Part shown: piece after piece, positions 63,571-64,000 of the stretch | Numbering within the stretch: position 1 is the first letter of the stretch | Layout: each line of letters opens with the position of its first letter | Source: Schmidtea polychroa | Lineage: Eukaryota | Length of the DNA stretch: 64,000 nt | NCBI GenBank assembly: GCA_044892525.1 | Contig: CM097886.1 | Coordinates: forward strand, 15,004,001-15,068,000 | Reading direction: 5' to 3' | Notes under the pieces: generated by a model | What the model was told of the DNA's origin: nothing | Seen by the model: the letters and a program-made list of their open reading frames with translations, nothing else | Databases searched by the model: none | Translations under genes and position numbers: made by a program

Positions 63571-64000
63571 ATGTTAGAATTTTTATATTTTTTCTTCCAC
63601 TTTAAGCCAATTTTCCAAGGGGGTGGCAAATCAAAAATACCTACTAAGTTTTTCATTCAAATTTTAGCAAATGAAATTTTTTGATAATTGAAATTGAAAA
63701 TTCCTTAAATACTAGCCTAAATGGGCGATCATTAACGAATAACAATCAACTCGAACACAATTATGGCCAATCAAATATCACGTATAACAGCACATTAGTT
63801 GGAACATCTCAGTCTACTCTAACTCATTCTCAAGAGTCAATCAATAGTCATGCAATCAGCTAATACTTCTTATTAATCAGGCTCTATAAATCAATCTCAG
63901 ACGAACAAAAGTTAGTGTTATCTCTCAAGGACCAACAGCTTTATCCATTCCCCATTCACCATCACCAACATTTCATACCGGAAATACACAATCAAATTTA

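Noticed and set aside
1776-63863. Many 60-140 aa ORFs in the track (for example 1776-1988, 4855-5169, 7629-8039, 12589-12870, 29555-29935, 40271-40546)
   Set aside because: They are antisense shadows of real coding regions or low-complexity AT-rich frames with no independent support.

Overview
AT-rich eukaryotic (animal-type) scaffold, roughly 70-75% AT by eye. It carries one clear host gene, a SKI2/SKIV2L RNA helicase (minus strand, about 12.1-16.2 kb) with at least 12 GT-AG introns of 41-51 nt. The rest is mostly nested transposons: an intact BED-finger hAT, an apparently intact Merlin/IS1595-like element, several decayed hATs, MULEs, Tc1/mariner, a Helitron helicase, two Ty3/Gypsy remnants and MITEs. 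The host cannot be identified from sequence alone; the features are compatible with a flatworm-like or other compact-intron invertebrate genome. Three things stand out. (1) Five insertions of 1.0-3.9 kb share TG(T)TGG...CCAACA-type ends and 4-bp target-site duplications but encode no transposase, integrase or RT. Two carry homologous copies of an unrecognised coiled-coil/basic ORF, so they may be giant solo LTRs with an LTR-borne gene or a non-autonomous integrase-mobilised family. (2) A NeSL/R5/Utopia-like RLE retroelement is arranged head-to-head with a second copy of its own 3' end. That second copy is joined antisense to a 28S rDNA fragment at a site upstream of the known R2 site. (3) A Gypsy pol remnant shows integrase-protease-RT order. 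All family assignments rest on motif recognition by eye; no database search was run.
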